Shown here piece by piece: positions 23,337-32,327 of a stretch of 64,000 bases of DNA. The notes beneath the pieces are model-generated. The model was not told the origin of the DNA and searched no databases. It saw only the letters and a list, made by a program, of their open reading frames with translations. Position numbers and translations under genes: made by a program. The stretch comes from an uncultured delta proteobacterium (GTDB lineage: Bacteria > Myxococcota_A > Polyangia > Polyangiales > B10-G4). Position 1 is the stretch's first letter. Each line of letters opens with the position of its first letter. Where the stretch lies: the NCBI GenBank assembly GCA_963727445.1, contig CAVSGI010000010.1, forward strand, positions 1,184,001-1,248,000, read 5' to 3'.

Positions 23337-25007
23337 CTACTCCTCGGGCGTCATCGGCCCGAGGCCGCCCATCTCTTCACGCATGGCGGCGCTCATGAGC
23401 CGCGCGCCCGCGATCTCGCCCAGGACGGTCGCGCCCTCGGTCGCCGTTCGCTCGTATGTGTCGTAGTCCACGCGGTAGAGCCCGAAGCGCGGCGTGAAGC
23501 CTTCGGCCCACTCGAAGTTGTCGGTGAGGCTCCAGTGGTAGTAGCCGCGGACGTCGACGCCCTCTTCACGCGCCTGCCAGATCCACTCGAGGGTGCGCAC
23601 GACCTGCTCGGCGCGTCGCCGCCCGACCTCGGTGGCGATGCCGCTCTCGGTGACGGTGAGCGGCATGGCGGGGTAGCGCGCGTCGAAGTCCTGGAGGACC
23701 TCGTAGATACCCGGCTCCCAGTACTCGTAGAGCATCGAGGGAACGTAGTGCGAGGGCTCGCGGTTGCGCAGGCACGCGCCGAGGTCGAAGCCGTTGACGC
23801 AAGGGGTGGCATCCACGACGGGGATGACGGCCGGGTCGGCGGTGACGCCCGCGCGGAAGTAGTACTGAAGGCCGATCCACTCGGTGGTGTTCGCCCACTC
23901 CGGGTGGGATTCCTCGGGATCGAAGTCGAAGTTCGCGTCGAAGGTGCCGGCGGTGACAGCGTCGGGAAAGAGGTAGTGATAGACGTAGCGGACGCGCTCG
24001 ACCGCCGCGACGTCCTCGGGGTCTTCGCTGTAGAAGTTGCGCCGGGTGGGGATCCACTTGCCGACGCTCAGGGTGAAGCCGGTGAGCGCCGCTTCGCCGT
24101 CGCCGTCCGCGTCGACGGTGTCGAACTCTTCGATCGCCTCGAAGATGGCGACGTGGAAGCGGATGTAGTTCCGCACCACCTCGAGGAAGCGATCGAAGTC
24201 GCTCAGGAGCAGGTTGCGACCGGGCGGAAAGACGTTGGAGCCGTAGCTCGCGAGCAGGTAGTTCACCGGCTCGTTCACCGTCCCCCACTCGTCGACCCGG
24301 TCGCCATAGCGCTCCGCGAGGAGCTGCGCGTACTCGCGCGCCTCCTCGATGATCTGGTCAGCGCCTTCGTTGTGGAAGCCACAGAGGTCGGCGTCGGTCG
24401 GTCCATCCGGGCATTCGAGACCGCGGCGCGGGTCGTCGATCCAGACGGGGCTCGAGAAATGATGGACGGTGATCATCGGCTTGATCCCGGCCGCAAGAAG
24501 CGCGTCGATGACCGCGTCGTAATGCGCGAGGGCGTCCTCGTCGATCATGTCGCGCTGGGGCTCGATGCGGCCCCAGGACAGGCTGAAGCGATAGGCGTCG
24601 AGGTTCGTCTCGGTCAGCAGCGACACGTCGTCGATCGCGCGCGTGTATCCCTCGACCGCGTCGCCCAGGAAGTCGCTGCCGTGCCCGAGGCCGCCCTCGG
24701 ACTCGGGCTGGGTCCAGAGGTACCAGTGGCTGCTGTCGTTCATGTCCTCGATCTGCGCCGCCGCGCTCGACGCACCGAAGGTGAAAGAGTCCTCGCCCGC
24801 GGCGCCGGCGATGGGACCCGCCGCGGGGAACATGACGTCGACGGCCGGGAGCTCGTCCGGCTGGGGTGGAGGCGGAGGCAGGGGCGGGGGCGTGGTGTCC
24901 ATCGCCGCGTCCATGGCCGAGGTGTCCGCGCCGGTGTCGGCCGGTGGCAGGGTCTCGTCACCGCAGGCGCCGAGCGAGAGGATGAGGATGACAAGCGCTT
25001 TGATCAT
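23337..25007 (-). CDS. Glycoside hydrolase family 1 lipoprotein
   Basis: Lipobox LGAC; FGASSAAAQIE, YRFSLSWGRIEP, TVNEP (acid/base), VTESG (nucleophile) and WSLTDNFEW motifs. Confidence 0.9.
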   Translation of the reverse strand: MIKALVILILSLGACGDETLPPADTGADTSAMDAAMDTTPPPLPPPPPQPDELPAVDVMFPAAGPIAGAAGEDSFTFGASSAAAQIEDMNDSSHWYLWTQPESEGGLGHGSDFLGDAVEGYTRAIDDVSLLTETNLDAYRFSLSWGRIEPQRDMIDEDALAHYDAVIDALLAAGIKPMITVHHFSSPVWIDDPRRGLECPDGPTDADLCGFHNEGADQIIEEAREYAQLLAERYGDRVDEWGTVNEPVNYLLASYGSNVFPPGRNLLLSDFDRFLEVVRNYIRFHVAIFEAIEEFDTVDADGDGEAALTGFTLSVGKWIPTRRNFYSEDPEDVAAVERVRYVYHYLFPDAVTAGTFDANFDFDPEESHPEWANTTEWIGLQYYFRAGVTADPAVIPVVDATPCVNGFDLGACLRNREPSHYVPSMLYEYWEPGIYEVLQDFDARYPAMPLTVTESGIATEVGRRRAEQVVRTLEWIWQAREEGVDVRGYYHWSLTDNFEWAEGFTPRFGLYRVDYDTYERTATEGATVLGEIAGARLMSAAMREEMGGLGPMTPEE

Positions 25008-27481
25008 GGAACGTCGATGAGGTTGGTGATGCCGAAGGGCGCGAAGTGTTGATAGGGGGCGGGCTCGATCATCCCGTCCGCGCGCACGACGACGAAGTCG
25101 GCGCCGCTCAGCGGCACGTCGATCACTTCGTCCACGCGCACCACCTCCGAGGTGGATGAAACCGTGCGATCGATGGCTACGTCGCGCCCGGCGTAGATGC
25201 GGAGGCGGTCCACGGCGACCCACGGCGCCGCTTCGACGTGCACCGAGAGCATGAGCGTGTCCCCCGCCGGCGGTCCGCTCGCCTCCGCGGTGACGAAGAT
25301 GCCGCCAGAAACGGTGGCGTCCCCCGAACGCAGCGACGCGGCGATGTCCTGCCAGTCGAAAGCGCCGGTCGTGTCGTCGGGGACGCGGACGAAGGTGCGC
25401 GGCAAGCCCGCGGGCAGCTCGGGGAGGTGGCTGTCGCTGTTGCCGACCATGGTGAAGCGCCGGCCCGCCGCGGCCAGCGCGAGGTAGTCCTCGAGGGACT
25501 CCTCGTTGCCGCCGCGGGTGTATCCGTTCCAGACCTCGATCACGTCGAAGGAGAAGTCGTCGAAGTCGGTGCTCGGATCGAAGCCCAGGTCCATCGGTGA
25601 GGCGGTCGCGTGGCCGGTGTCGCGATCGAGCGCCACCGCGCCGAAGAAGGACGCGTCGTCGAGACGCGGATGGTTGACCTGCACCAGCGCGCCTCCGAGC
25701 GATGTGTCACCTCGGGCGCGCAGGGTTTCGAAGACGTCGGTGGGCGTCATGTCGAACCAGACGGGGGCGCCGTAGCCCGACGCAGCCGGATCGCGCGCGA
25801 GGGGGTAGCCGCCGATGTGTCCGAAGGTGGTCGTCGACACCTCGACGCCCGGCACCAACACCAGATAGTCGGCGACGCCCTCCGCCGTGGCGATGGATGC
25901 GTAGTCGGTGATGAAGTCGTGGTCGGTGCTCGCCGCTGCGTCGAGGCCCTCGGCGGCCAGACGGCGAACGGCCTTCCCCACCGGATGGAGGCTGTCGGTG
26001 GAGAGCTCGGTGTGCAGGTGCAGGTCCACGCTGACCCACCCGCTCGTGTCGACGACCTGCGGCAGGACCGGGTCGAGGACGACCGTCTCGCCGTCGGCGA
26101 GGGTGGCGTCGAAGGCGAAGACGTCGTGCTCGAGGCCCCGCGAGACGTGCACTTCGTAGTCGCCCGGCGGCAGCCGGCGGTCGGTCGGACCCATGGCGAC
26201 GAAGCGCTCCACCTCTTCCCCGGCGGAGAGGAGCACGACGCGGACGGGGGCGTTCGGATCGCCGCCGGCGGTGGCGCGGATGGTGAGCGTGGCGCTCGGA
26301 GGCGGCGCGACCGCGACTGTCGTCTCCTCCGTCCCGTGGATCGCCTCCGCCTCGGCGCCGGGGAAGTAGTCCCGATAGCCGCTCCGCACGCGGTAGGTGC
26401 CCTCGGAGAGCGGGACGCGCGCCACGCCGGACGCATGGAGGCGCGTGCGCAGCCGCAGAGCGCCGTCCGCGCCACTGATCTCGACGCGATCCCCCGCGGT
26501 GCCGTTCACCACGAGCGCGCCGAGCCCCGGTGGCGCGACCGCCGCATGCGCCGCAGCCGCCGTCGGTCCCACCGCGAGCCGTGCGCTGAAATGGGAGACC
26601 GCCCCGGCCACCACCGTTGCGAGGCCGCCGGCGGTCATCAGGTGGAACGTCTCGATCTTCGCGACGCCGACGTCCTCGTCGAAGGCGAAGGCCAGCGCGT
26701 CAGCGTCCCGCTCCCCGACCAGACTGCGGCCGCTGCCGCCGGGGCTCCCCTCCCCCACGAGACCGTAGCCGGGCTCCACCAGCTCCACCCCGCCGAGGAG
26801 CGCCAACAGGCCCGGGGTGAGGCGCGCGGTCGCGACGTCGGGGCGGGTGCTGATGCTCACCTCGATGCCGAGCGCATCCGAGTCCGCGCCGAGAACGTAG
26901 TCGAGCTGCCCTCGCACCCGATCCACGCGGCTGAGTCCGGGCGCCACGGCGCTCAGGATCTCGATGGCGGCGTCGTCGAACAGGACGCGAACGCGCGCTT
27001 CGCCGCTCGCACCTGCATCCACGACGGCCACCTCCGTGACCGCCATCGACGCGAGATCGAAGAGCGGGAACACCTCCTTGATCGCGTCCGGCGCGTCACC
27101 CCAGGCCGCGTCCACGATCCCTCCCGCCGGAGCTCCGATGGTGCTCGCGCTGTCGGTGCCGCTTCGGACGATGTAGCGAACGCGCGCGTTGTCGAGCACG
27201 AGGTCCCCGACCCGGCCCATGGCCAGGTATCCGCCCACGAGCTCCCCTGCGCACTCGACGTGCTTGGCGCGCACCTCGCCCTCGCTGGGTCGGGCGCTCG
27301 AGCAGCCGGTCATCTCCGCGGGATCCGGCGCGGCCGTGAAGACCACGGGGTCGGGGAGCGTGCCGTCGACGAACGCGTCGGCATCGGCCGCCGCGTCGCC
27401 CGCATCGTCGGCGCCGCAACCGAAGATCGCGCAAGAGGCGGCGGCGAGCGCGCCCAGCGCGTGGACGACCCGCTGTCTCAC
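25004..27481 (-). CDS. CehA/McbA-type PHP-domain metallohydrolase lipoprotein
   Basis: DLHLH, STDHD, GVEVST-GH, VNHPR, IEVWNG and GNSDSH motifs; lipobox IFGC. Confidence 0.8.
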   Translation of the reverse strand: MRQRVVHALGALAAASCAIFGCGADDAGDAAADADAFVDGTLPDPVVFTAAPDPAEMTGCSSARPSEGEVRAKHVECAGELVGGYLAMGRVGDLVLDNARVRYIVRSGTDSASTIGAPAGGIVDAAWGDAPDAIKEVFPLFDLASMAVTEVAVVDAGASGEARVRVLFDDAAIEILSAVAPGLSRVDRVRGQLDYVLGADSDALGIEVSISTRPDVATARLTPGLLALLGGVELVEPGYGLVGEGSPGGSGRSLVGERDADALAFAFDEDVGVAKIETFHLMTAGGLATVVAGAVSHFSARLAVGPTAAAAHAAVAPPGLGALVVNGTAGDRVEISGADGALRLRTRLHASGVARVPLSEGTYRVRSGYRDYFPGAEAEAIHGTEETTVAVAPPPSATLTIRATAGGDPNAPVRVVLLSAGEEVERFVAMGPTDRRLPPGDYEVHVSRGLEHDVFAFDATLADGETVVLDPVLPQVVDTSGWVSVDLHLHTELSTDSLHPVGKAVRRLAAEGLDAAASTDHDFITDYASIATAEGVADYLVLVPGVEVSTTTFGHIGGYPLARDPAASGYGAPVWFDMTPTDVFETLRARGDTSLGGALVQVNHPRLDDASFFGAVALDRDTGHATASPMDLGFDPSTDFDDFSFDVIEVWNGYTRGGNEESLEDYLALAAAGRRFTMVGNSDSHLPELPAGLPRTFVRVPDDTTGAFDWQDIAASLRSGDATVSGGIFVTAEASGPPAGDTLMLSVHVEAAPWVAVDRLRIYAGRDVAIDRTVSSTSEVVRVDEVIDVPLSGADFVVVRADGMIEPAPYQHFAPFGITNLIDVP

Positions 27482-27506
27482 CCCGTCATGATAGCGCCTG
27501 GGCTCG

Positions 27507-28286
27507 TCAGCGCGAGCGAGACCGCGCCGTGTGGAGTCGCCGCCGCCGTACCCAGAGGGCGAGGAGAGTCAGCGCGACCATCCACGCCAAAGCGCCAGGA
27601 GCGGAAGCGACGCGGACCCCGGCGCTGCTGCACGCGCCATACGACGCCCCTCCGTCGGGGTCGGTCGCGGGACCTGTGGGTCCACCAGCCGCGTCGGGCT
27701 CGGGCCCGCCGTCATATGCGGGAGGAGGCGAGGTGTCGCGCGAGACCGCGCCGCCATCGGGCTCGGCGCCGGGAGGCGCGCCGGCATCGCCCGCGTCGGG
27801 CGGCGGTGCACTGCCACCGCCGGCGCGGATCGCGATGTCCGAGCACTGGAAGTAGTTGCCGGCGCCGTACATGACCTGGATCAGCTGCAGCACGCAGCGC
27901 TCGCACTCCACGTCGTCCGGCAGGATCACGTCGAAGGTGTAGCGCCCCCCACCGCGCTCGTCGGGGATTCCGTCCACCAGCACGGTCGGCGAGTTGTAGA
28001 GATCGTCGTCGCCGACGGGCGCGACGAGATCATCGTCGCCATCGGTGTCGAGGGCGATGCGGTAGTGCGCGTCGTGGTCGATGGTCTCGTCCCACATGAC
28101 GGTGATGGTGTCGCCGGGCGCGTAGACCGCGACCGTGTCACCGCGCGGCAGGTCCGTCGTCCCGCACGGCCCCTGCTTCTGCTGATCCGTGCGCGGCGGC
28201 GGGTCCAGAAGAGTGATGTGCGCGTGGGCGGTTCCCCCGCCGAACCACACCCCGCAAAACGCGGCCATCGCCAAGCTTCGACGCAA
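27507..28286 (-). CDS. Lytic polysaccharide monooxygenase-like secreted protein (SCE4755 type) with MYXO-CTERM-like tail
   Basis: Signal peptide ending AHA followed by His (H-ITLLDPPPR); KQGPCG, WDETIDH, CERCVLQLIQ and YFQCSDI motifs; GCS-like...TM-RRRR tail; start codon uncertain. Confidence 0.75.
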   Translation of the reverse strand: MRRSLAMAAFCGVWFGGGTAHAHITLLDPPPRTDQQKQGPCGTTDLPRGDTVAVYAPGDTITVMWDETIDHDAHYRIALDTDGDDDLVAPVGDDDLYNSPTVLVDGIPDERGGGRYTFDVILPDDVECERCVLQLIQVMYGAGNYFQCSDIAIRAGGGSAPPPDAGDAGAPPGAEPDGGAVSRDTSPPPAYDGGPEPDAAGGPTGPATDPDGGASYGACSSAGVRVASAPGALAWMVALTLLALWVRRRRLHTARSRSR

Positions 28287-28417
28287 CACGAAGAGATGGA
28301 ATCGCAAGAGACGGGCCAAGCGCAGCTCACGACGAACACGCGCTTTTTCGGCAGACGAGCGCCCTCGGTGGGGAACCGGGAACGTTCCGAGCGCCGCGAG
28401 TCGCGTAGAATGTTCGA

Positions 28418-30787
28418 GTGAAAGGACTCGCGGCGGCGGCGCTCCTCGTCTCGACTTCGCTGGCGATCGGTTGCGGCGACGACGGCGCGGCTTCTGACGA
28501 CGGAAGCGTTTCCGTCGACGGAGGTGATGGTGACCTGCAGATGCCGGCGCCGCCCGCACCGCCGATGGCCTCCACGCGGACCTGCCCAACAGGCTGGGAG
28601 CGCATCGACGGGCGCGCGGGGTCGGCGTGTGCGCCGTGGGTCGACTCGCCCGCGTGCGGGCCGAACGAAGCGCAATTCCCTGGAGACAGCGCGTGCGCAC
28701 TGGTGGGAGCGGCGTGCCCGAGCGGGGAATTCGCCGACGGGCTTCCGGCGGGGACGGTGTACGTGCGCGAAGGCGCCAGTGGTGGCGACGGAACGGAGGC
28801 TTCGCCCTTGGGTGAGCTCGGGATGGCCCTCGCCCTCGCGGGGACGGGGGGAACGATCGCCCTTTCGGCGGGGACCTACGAAGGAGGCGTCGTGCTTCCG
28901 GAGGGCGTCACGATCCGCGGCGCCTGCGCCTCGTTGACGACCATCACCAGCACCGTGGAGTCGTCCCCCACGGATCCCGCGGTGATCACGAGCGGAGGCG
29001 GCACCGCGACTTTGCGCGATCTGACGATCCGCTCGCCGCTCCGCGCCGGCGTGGTCGTGCTCGGCGACGGAAACGCGATCGCCGCACAGGGCGTGATCAT
29101 CGCCGACAGCCACATCGGCGGCGTCATCGCGTCCGCTGGCGGGCACTTCGTCGGAAGCGAAGTGGTGATCCGCGGGACGCGTCCCCGCGATGACGGGATG
29201 GGCGGCACCGGTGTCTCCGCCGAGTCCGGCGGGAGCGCGGAGCTCCACCGCGCCATCGTCGAGGACAACGAGCTCCAGGGCGTCACCGTCTCCACGACCC
29301 GCGGCTCCCTGTTCCTCGAGGATGTCGTCGTGCGTCAAACACGGTCGCAGCGCTCGGACGGAGATTTCGGTCAGGGGGTGGCCGCGGCGGGTGGCGCATC
29401 CGTCGAGGCCCACCGGCTGGTGATCGAAGACAGCCAGCACGGCGGGCTCTTCCTGGACGGGGTCGACACCTCCTTCATCGGCGAGGACGTGGTGGTGCGG
29501 CGAACCCGGCCCCGCACCTCGGACGAGACCCTGGGGCGCGGCGTGTCGGTGGTGCTGGGCGCGACCGCGATCATCCACGGGCTCCTCGTGGAGGACAGCG
29601 TGGACGCGGGACTGCTCGTGGGCGGCGACAGAACGACGTTCACCGGGACTGATGGTCTGATCCGGCGGACGATGAGCGCCCCCACCACCGGCGAGGACGG
29701 CGCGGGTGCGTTCGTACAGATGGGCGGCCTCTTGACCCTCGAACGCGTCGCTGTCGAGGAGGTGCGAAGCGTCGGAGTCTTCGCGGTGGGGCTCGGGTCT
29801 TCGGCGGAGCTCACCGACGTGTCGGTAGAGGCGGTGACAGCCGACGCGCGTGACCTGGACGGGCACGGCATGGTGGTGAGCGAGGGTGCGTCGCTGAGCG
29901 GGACGCGTGTGCACATCGAAGAGAGCACGGCGAGCGGGCTCTTCGTGACCGACGCGGACTCGCGCGCGGAGATCGAGGACGCGTCGATTCGAGCAACCGC
30001 GCCCTCCTCCGACGGCGGGGGCGGCCGCGGCATCAACGTCCAGGACGGCGCGAGCCTCACGCTGACGAGGGCGCTCGTGGAAGCGAACCACGAGACGGGC
30101 ATCTTCGTGGACGGCAGCGCCATCGCGCTCACGGACGTGCGCGTGGCGGATACCCAGCTACGCGCGGACGGCTACGGGGGCCGCGGGATCAACGCCCAGC
30201 TGAGCTCGACCGTGACGGTGGCGCGGGTCGCGGTGGACGGGTCGCACGAGGTGGGCGTCTTGCTCGCGGGCGGCTCGTCGCTCGAGGGCGAGGATCTGCA
30301 CGTGAGCGATACGCGTGAGTCGACGGCGCCGGGGGGCGATGGGCGAGGGATGTCGATCCAGCTCTCCGACGCGACGCTGAGGCGGGTGTCGGTGCGCGAC
30401 AGTCACGGGCTGGGCATCTTCGTCTACGGCGTCTCGCATCTCGAGGCGAGCGCGATCGTCGTGGAGGACACCGTGGCGGCGGACTGCTCCATCACCACCT
30501 GCACCGGCACCCTGGCCCACGGTCACGGCGTCGGCGTCTACGGCGACGCCTCGGCGGACCTCAGCGACCTGCTCATCCAGCGCTCCGCGGTATGCGGCAT
30601 TCACATCGGCGAGGGCGCCGAGGTCGACCTCGCCAACGGCGTCATCCGCGAAAACGCCATCGGCGCGTGCGTCCAGAACGCAGACCTCGACCTCGCTCGC
30701 CTGCAGCACGACGTCGCGTACGACGACAACGGCACCAACCTGGAAGCCACGCGGCTCCCCGTGCCGATGGCGAGTAGCGAGCTCTGA
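28418..30787 (+). CDS. Right-handed parallel beta-helix repeat lipoprotein
   Basis: Lipobox LAIGC; GDGTEASP, GTYE; ~50-aa repeats with GxGV-V-GA-L-RA-VE-N. Confidence 0.8.
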   Translation: MKGLAAAALLVSTSLAIGCGDDGAASDDGSVSVDGGDGDLQMPAPPAPPMASTRTCPTGWERIDGRAGSACAPWVDSPACGPNEAQFPGDSACALVGAACPSGEFADGLPAGTVYVREGASGGDGTEASPLGELGMALALAGTGGTIALSAGTYEGGVVLPEGVTIRGACASLTTITSTVESSPTDPAVITSGGGTATLRDLTIRSPLRAGVVVLGDGNAIAAQGVIIADSHIGGVIASAGGHFVGSEVVIRGTRPRDDGMGGTGVSAESGGSAELHRAIVEDNELQGVTVSTTRGSLFLEDVVVRQTRSQRSDGDFGQGVAAAGGASVEAHRLVIEDSQHGGLFLDGVDTSFIGEDVVVRRTRPRTSDETLGRGVSVVLGATAIIHGLLVEDSVDAGLLVGGDRTTFTGTDGLIRRTMSAPTTGEDGAGAFVQMGGLLTLERVAVEEVRSVGVFAVGLGSSAELTDVSVEAVTADARDLDGHGMVVSEGASLSGTRVHIEESTASGLFVTDADSRAEIEDASIRATAPSSDGGGGRGINVQDGASLTLTRALVEANHETGIFVDGSAIALTDVRVADTQLRADGYGGRGINAQLSSTVTVARVAVDGSHEVGVLLAGGSSLEGEDLHVSDTRESTAPGGDGRGMSIQLSDATLRRVSVRDSHGLGIFVYGVSHLEASAIVVEDTVAADCSITTCTGTLAHGHGVGVYGDASADLSDLLIQRSAVCGIHIGEGAEVDLANGVIRENAIGACVQNADLDLARLQHDVAYDDNGTNLEATRLPVPMASSEL

Positions 30788-30820
30788 GGTTGGGGTTGGT
30801 GTTGGTGTTGGGGTTGTGTG
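30788..30820 (+). repeat. G/T-only low-complexity tract (GGTTGG/TGTTGG hexamers)
   Basis: ggttggggttggtgttggtgttggggttgtgtg directly after the stop codon and abutting the repeat array. Confidence 0.8.
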
Positions 30821-31460
30821 GGTGGCGGCCGAAGGCCGGCCACGGGGGAGCGGGATCAGATGGGATAGATGAGGGGTGGTTTTGGTGAGGGACTTCGTCC
30901 CTCCACGCTCCCTCGGGGACTGCGTCCCCGCGGCCGACACACAGACGCGCCAAGAGCGGGGCGGCGATACCGCCGCCCCGGGTGGAGCTGGGCGTGCTGT
31001 CGGCCTCCCCTGCACGGCGCCGGGGGCGCCGGGTGGCGGCCGAAGGCCGGCCACGGGGGGCGCGGGATCAGATGGGATAGATGAGCGGTGGTTTTGGTGA
31101 GGGACTTCGTCCCTCCACGCTCCCTCGGGGACTGCGTCCCCGCGGCCGACAGACAGACGCGCCAAGAGCGGGGCGGCGATACCGCCGCCCCGGGTAGAGC
31201 TGTGCGTGCTGTCGGCCTCCCCTGCACGGCGCCGGGGGCGCCGGGTGGCGGCCGAAGGCCGGCCACGGGGGGGGTGGTTTTGGTGAGGGACTTCGTCCCT
31301 CCACGCTCCCTCGGGGACTGCGTCCCCGCGGCCGACAGACAGATGCGCCAAGAGCGGGGCGGCGATACCGCCGCCCCGGGTGGAGCTGGGCGTGCTGTCG
31401 GCCTCCCCTGCACGGCGCCGGGGGCGCCGGGTGGCGGCCGAAGGCCGGCCACGGGGGGGG
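30820..31460. repeat. Tandem array of a ~212-bp multi-hairpin element (REP/BIME- or MITE-like), three units plus a terminal hairpin
   Basis: GTGGCGGCCGAAGGCCGGCCAC at 30822, 31033, 31245 and 31431 (periods 211, 212, 186); near-identical bodies with several further inverted repeats; between convergent genes. Confidence 0.9.
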
Positions 31461-31462
31461 CT

Positions 31463-32089
31463 TCAATCGGTGGTGGCGTCGGCGGCTGCGTCGCCGCTCG
31501 CGTCGCCCGTTGCGTCGGCGGTGGCGTCCATCGTCGCGTCCGCTGTCGCGTCTGCCGTGGCGTCGGCGGTGGCGTCCATCGAGGCGTCGCCGCTGGCGTC
31601 CGCGGAGCCGTCGGTGGCCGCGTCGCCGCTGGCGTCCGCGGAGCCGTCGGTGGCCGCGTCGCCGCTGGCGTCCGCGGAGCCGTCGACGGAGCCGTCGCCG
31701 GGGGTGCTGTCGGGCGTGCTCGAATCCGGCACGCTCATATCCGGCACGCTCGAATCGGGCGGCCCGTCGCAGTCGGTGCAGATGCAGTTGCCGGTGCCCT
31801 CGCAGGTCTGATCGCAGTCGCCGCTCGGGCAACTGAGGATGCAGTTGCCGGTGTTCTGGCACAGCACGTTGCACGCGCCGCCAGCGCAGTCGAAGTCGCA
31901 GTTCCCCGTGCCGGTGCAGACGAGGTTGCAGCCACCGTCGGGACAGCTCTTCGTGCAGTTGCCCGCGATGCCGTTGTTGCACTCGCAGGTCTCGCCCGTT
32001 GAACAGGTGCCGCCGATGTTGTTGCCGCCGATACAGCCGGTGGCGAAGACGGCGACCGCCGCCAAGAAAGAAAAAGCCAAAGCTCGCAT
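31463..32089 (-). CDS. Small Cys-rich lipoprotein with Asp/Ala-rich repetitive tail
   Basis: Lipobox FATGC; repeated C-x(3-5)-GNC-x3-C-x2-GxC units; DASGDAATDGSA 36-bp repeats. Confidence 0.7.
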   Translation of the reverse strand: MRALAFSFLAAVAVFATGCIGGNNIGGTCSTGETCECNNGIAGNCTKSCPDGGCNLVCTGTGNCDFDCAGGACNVLCQNTGNCILSCPSGDCDQTCEGTGNCICTDCDGPPDSSVPDMSVPDSSTPDSTPGDGSVDGSADASGDAATDGSADASGDAATDGSADASGDASMDATADATADATADATMDATADATGDASGDAAADATTD

Positions 32090-32201
32090 GTAGTTACCCC
32101 CAGATGGTCCTGTCGTGGACGCGCCTTTGGGCTGAGGATTCACGCCCAGCAGCGGAATATCGCACGAATTCCCCCTCCCGGACCAGGCTACACCGCCGAA
32201 A

Positions 32202-32245
32202 TGAAACCCGGTTCATGAACGGCGTTCTAAGTGAAACAACGTTCA
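32202..32245. promoter_or_regulatory. Three adjacent 14-bp boxes, consensus TRRAAC-NN-SGTTCA (candidate TetR/KstR-type operators)
   Basis: TGAAACCCGGTTCA (32202-32215, +), TAGAACGCCGTTCA (32216-32229, -), TGAAACAACGTTCA (32232-32245, +) in an AT-rich intergenic region. Confidence 0.6.
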
Positions 32246-32253
32246 CTTTGCAA

Positions 32254-32282
32254 TTTACAGGGTCTCGGCGCGCCGCTAGTGT
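32254..32282 (+). promoter_or_regulatory. Putative sigma70-type promoter of the HMGR-hopanoid operon
   Basis: TTTACA (32254-32259), 17-bp spacer, TAGTGT (32277-32282); GGAGG RBS before GTG 32328. Confidence 0.5.
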
Positions 32283-32327
32283 CCCGCTCGCTTTGAGGAA
32301 GCCCCGACTGGGGCCTGGGAGGACTCG

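Noticed and set aside
30820..31460. Repeat array as a CRISPR locus or ribozyme array
   Set aside because: The intervening segments are near-identical and ~165-190 bp rather than unique spacers; no cas genes are present; no hammerhead core (CUGAUGA...GAAA) was seen on either strand
30158..32002. ORFs spanning the repeat array (e.g. 30158..31351, 30856..31452, 31088..32002)
   Set aside because: These are translations of a GC-rich repeat with no protein-like features, and most overlap real genes
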